In this document: piece after piece, positions 60,795-64,000 of the stretch
How positions within the stretch are numbered: position 1 is the first letter of the stretch
Layout: the number at the start of each line of letters is the position of its first letter
Assembly (NCBI GenBank): GCA_964012805.1
Contig: CAXGUD010000010.1
Coordinates: forward strand, 1 to 64,000
Direction: 5' to 3'
Length of the DNA stretch: 64,000 nt
Source of the DNA: an uncultured Bacteriovoracaceae bacterium
Lineage (GTDB): Bacteria; Bdellovibrionota; Bacteriovoracia; Bacteriovoracales; Bacteriovoracaceae
Position numbers and translations under genes: made by a program
Notes under the pieces: generated by a model
Databases searched by the model: none
What the model was told of the DNA's origin: nothing
What the model saw: the letters and a program-made list of their open reading frames with translations, nothing else

Positions 60795-61595
60795 TTGTTT
60801 CCAAAATATAAAAGACTTTATTTTTTTACTGGTAAAGGAGGTGTTGGCAAAACATCCTTTGCACTCGCCCTTACGAAATTTTTGCAAAAAGAGGGAGTAA
60901 ATGTAGCCTATTTTAACTTTGATCAAACTCAACCTAAAAAGTTAATTTCTCTCCTTAAAGTTCCAACAATAAACCAAACAACAGAAGAAAGTGCCGCAAT
61001 CTATATCCAAAACAAGCTTGGCTCTAAAACAATTGCGAACTGGATTCTTAAAACCACTTTTTTTAAGTCTCTTTTAAATATAACCCCTTCCATTGGCTAC
61101 ATGATCAGCCTAGGGCACATCATAAACCGCCTAGAGGAGGACCCTTCCCTAACAATTGTCATAGATGCCCCTGCTTCTGGTCACACTTTATCCCTCTTTA
61201 ATTCAACCCATAATTTCAGAGAAATGTTCAAAGTCGGCCCACTTGTCGAAGATATTCATAAAATGCATAACTTTCTTGAGAAAAGTGAAAACATAAAAGT
61301 CTGCATTCTTTGCCTTCCTAACATAATGAATGTCCAAGAGGCTCTAGAGTTAAAAAAAGGCTTAAGTAGTTTAAAACTCTTTGAAGGAAACCTTATCCTT
61401 AACGAGCTTCTTGCAGGACTCAACCATAATGAACTAGAAGCTTTACCCAACTTTTTAAGGGAAAAAATAAGTATTGAGCAAAACTTAAAAAAGCAATATG
61501 AAAAAGATTTTACTGAAGTTGTGCCTTTTCTAAGCAGTACTGATTATGCTGATATTGTCACTTCATTAATAAACATGATGAGGACTATAGCTTGA
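60795..61595 (+). CDS. ArsA/Get3-family ATPase, BagA (Rv3679)-like subunit
   Basis: TGKGGVGKTS, DAPASGH; lacks the switch-I DPA motif. Confidence 0.85.
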   Translation: MFPKYKRLYFFTGKGGVGKTSFALALTKFLQKEGVNVAYFNFDQTQPKKLISLLKVPTINQTTEESAAIYIQNKLGSKTIANWILKTTFFKSLLNITPSIGYMISLGHIINRLEEDPSLTIVIDAPASGHTLSLFNSTHNFREMFKVGPLVEDIHKMHNFLEKSENIKVCILCLPNIMNVQEALELKKGLSSLKLFEGNLILNELLAGLNHNELEALPNFLREKISIEQNLKKQYEKDFTEVVPFLSSTDYADIVTSLINMMRTIA

Positions 61596-62683
61596 TTAAA
61601 CAAACCATTTTAATAAAACAGCTAGAAATTTTCTGTGGAACAGGTGGAGTTGGAAAAACGACCCTAGCGACATCAAGAGCACTTTTCCTTGGATCAAAAG
61701 GTAAAAAGGTGCTTCTTATCACTATCGACCCTGCAAAAAGATTAAAACAAATCCTAAATATTAAAGACCAAAATGCGGGAAAAGTTGAAAATATTTCTTC
61801 AAACTTGTTTACAGGTTTTGAGGAAAATAATTTTTCTATTTCTGCCCTCCTCATGTCACCAAAGGAAACACTGCGCAAAATCCTAAAAGCAGATACTATT
61901 GATAATAACGTATTAAACATACTAACTAGACCCCACGGTGGAATGAATGAAATCCTCTCACTTATAGAGGTTCAGTTTCATATTGAAAGTGGAAAATACG
62001 ATACGATTATTCTAGATACGCCACCAGGAAAACACTTTATAGACTTCCTCCAATCATCCAGAAAAATTTCAGATTTTTTTGACAGTAGTTTTGTTGAGAT
62101 CTTTAAATTTTTAGGAAAGCCAATTATATATCCAAAAGGGCCTGCTCAGAAGCCTACAAAGAAGCTGTTAGGCAAGCTTATTTCAACTGGAATCAAAAAA
62201 CTCTTAAAATATCTTGATCAAGTAACTGGTGAAAAATTTGTCCAAGACTTTATTGAAGCAGTTTCAATTCTCTACCAAAACAAAGCACCCTTTCTGGAGG
62301 CTTTAGAGCTCGAAAAACAGCTTCGCACTTTTGAGTTTTGTAACTGGTTTCTTGTGACCTCCGTTGAACAATCGAAATTACAAGAAGCTGCAGAGTTTCA
62401 ATCTCACACTGAGACATTTCACAAATCCAATTTCTTCTTCCTAATTAATAAATCTCTTGAAAATCATATCAAAGAATGGGATATCCCTTCTAAAGGCTCA
62501 TCTCTTGGAAAAGAATCTAGAGAGAAGCTTGCTTCTTTAAAAGAATCTATGATTTCTAAAGAGGAGAAAACGATCAAGTTTGCTAAGACCCAATTTAGCC
62601 AGTTTATTATCTTCCCAGAAATTATTGATGCAAACCCTGTAAAGCATGTTGGGGATCTCTCTAAAACTTGGAAAAATAATTAA
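61592..62683 (+). CDS. ArsA/Get3-family ATPase, BagB (Rv3680)-like subunit
   Basis: CGTGGVGKTT, ITIDPAKRL, LDTPP; TTGA overlap with the previous stop codon. Confidence 0.85.
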   Translation: MIKQTILIKQLEIFCGTGGVGKTTLATSRALFLGSKGKKVLLITIDPAKRLKQILNIKDQNAGKVENISSNLFTGFEENNFSISALLMSPKETLRKILKADTIDNNVLNILTRPHGGMNEILSLIEVQFHIESGKYDTIILDTPPGKHFIDFLQSSRKISDFFDSSFVEIFKFLGKPIIYPKGPAQKPTKKLLGKLISTGIKKLLKYLDQVTGEKFVQDFIEAVSILYQNKAPFLEALELEKQLRTFEFCNWFLVTSVEQSKLQEAAEFQSHTETFHKSNFFFLINKSLENHIKEWDIPSKGSSLGKESREKLASLKESMISKEEKTIKFAKTQFSQFIIFPEIIDANPVKHVGDLSKTWKNN

Positions 62684-62715
62684 ACCCCTCCTAAACCAAA
62701 AAATTGGAGAAAAAC

Positions 62716-64000
62716 ATGAAAGGCGCCAAATTAAACATTCTTGATGCGATAGGCAACACTCCTATTGTAAAACTCAATAAAGTCGCAACTGGAGTTCAAT
62801 CTGAAATCTATGTAAAGTTAGATTTTCTCAACCCTGGCGGATCCATTAAAGATAGAATTGGTGCATACATTCTTGAAAAGGCAGTCAAAAATGGAGACCT
62901 AAAACCAGGTGGGACTGTCATTGAGGGAACCTCTGGTAATACTGGCGTTGGACTAGCTATGTATGCAGCAGTTCATGGCTACAAATGTGTTTTTGTTCTG
63001 GCAGATAAACAATCAAAAGAAAAGATTGATAATTTAAGGGCCTTCGGAGCAAAGGTTATAGTTTGCCCAACCAACGTGGAACCCGAAGACCCTAGATCAT
63101 ACTATAGCGTTTCAAAAAGGTTATCAGAAACAATTCCAAACTCTTATTACGTCAACCAGTACGAAAACCTATGGAACCGAGAAACACATTTTAAGACAAC
63201 AGGCCCAGAAATTTACAACCAGACAGAAGGAGACTTTGATGTCTTCATGGCCGGCGTTGGTACAGGGGGTACAATTTCTGGAATTGGTGCTTATTTAAAA
63301 ACAGTCATGCCAGAGGTAAAAATCATCGGTGTCGATTGTGAAGGTTCAATCGTTGCTCACTACGCTAAAACGGGTGAGATGTGCGAAGCTAAACCATACG
63401 TCTTAGAAGGCCTTGGAGAAGATTTCATACCAGGCAATTACAATTTTGATGTCATTGATGATTGGGAAGTCATTGGTGATAAGGAGAGCTTTTTAATGAC
63501 GAGAGACCTCTTAACACATGAGGGTATCTACGCTGGAGGAAGCTCTGGAGGAGCCGTAAGAGCTGCTATAAAGTATGCTGAAAAACTCGCAGAACCAAAA
63601 AAAATTCTAGTGCTTCTTCCCGATTCTGGTAACAGATATGCATCCAAAATTTTTAATGACGATTGGATGAGTGACAATGGCTATAAAGACTCTTCTTTTA
63701 ATGTAACAATTCAAGAAGTCCTAACAACTTTGAAAAAAGAGACGACACCTCTAATATCAATCAATGATACCTCGACTATTGGTGAAGCCATTAAGGTTAT
63801 GGATGAAAATGGTATTTCTCAACTCCCAGTATATGGCTCTGGCCATCTCGAAGGTATCGTTTCCGAAAGAAACTTATTGAAGCCTGTCTTTGATGGGGAG
63901 TTCAAGCTCAGCGACTCAATATCCTTAGCTTTTAAGTCTGACTTTAAAATCATAGACATAGGAGAACTTCTCTCCAACGTTGCTGATTCCTTACTCCAAG
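62716..64000 (+). CDS. Cysteine synthase / cystathionine beta-synthase with C-terminal CBS domains (partial; not in ORF track)
   Basis: GGAG RBS, ATG 62716; IGNTPIVKL, NPGGSIKDR, TSGNTG, GVGTGGT, then CBS-type TIGEAIKVMDENGISQLPV. Confidence 0.92.
   Translation, partial: MKGAKLNILDAIGNTPIVKLNKVATGVQSEIYVKLDFLNPGGSIKDRIGAYILEKAVKNGDLKPGGTVIEGTSGNTGVGLAMYAAVHGYKCVFVLADKQSKEKIDNLRAFGAKVIVCPTNVEPEDPRSYYSVSKRLSETIPNSYYVNQYENLWNRETHFKTTGPEIYNQTEGDFDVFMAGVGTGGTISGIGAYLKTVMPEVKIIGVDCEGSIVAHYAKTGEMCEAKPYVLEGLGEDFIPGNYNFDVIDDWEVIGDKESFLMTRDLLTHEGIYAGGSSGGAVRAAIKYAEKLAEPKKILVLLPDSGNRYASKIFNDDWMSDNGYKDSSFNVTIQEVLTTLKKETTPLISINDTSTIGEAIKVMDENGISQLPVYGSGHLEGIVSERNLLKPVFDGEFKLSDSISLAFKSDFKIIDIGELLSNVADSLLQ

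Noticed and set aside
60795..62683. Arsenic-resistance ArsA pump ATPase
   Set aside because: No ars operon genes nearby; motifs match the BagA/BagB-like Get3 clade instead.

Overview
AT-rich bacterial chromosome segment, probably from a predatory Bdellovibrionota (Bacteriovoracia-like). That assignment is inferred from gene content (hybrid MaeB, DUF507, CheW-less CheA-like sensor) and repeated sigma28/FliA-type promoters; no database search was run. Most of the window is housekeeping: murJ, hppA, purA, mtaB, panD, maeB, spoT/relA, gmk, yicC, accA, engB, hemJ, murG, ung, oppABCDF, a CBS-domain cysteine/cystathionine synthase and four tRNAs (Lys-UUU, Glu-UUC, Leu-CAA, Leu-UAG). Two genes run off the window edges and are missing from the ORF track. 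No CRISPR array, integrase, transposase or prophage was seen. Most interesting signals: (1) a PhaR-N regulator, an outer-membrane beta-barrel and a BagA/BagB-type Get3/ArsA ATPase pair, which together with a distant MGAT-like acyltransferase/atypical SDR pair may form an undescribed lipid-handling system; (2) sigma28 promoters in front of uncharacterised envelope genes, including a Cys-stapled Gly/Met-repeat protein and a TPR plus LolB-like operon; (3) a secreted lipase coupled to an unknown partner; (4) a 7TM-DISM sensor with two HPt motifs and a CheA-type ATPase, in an accessory stretch next to tRNA-Leu(UAG).
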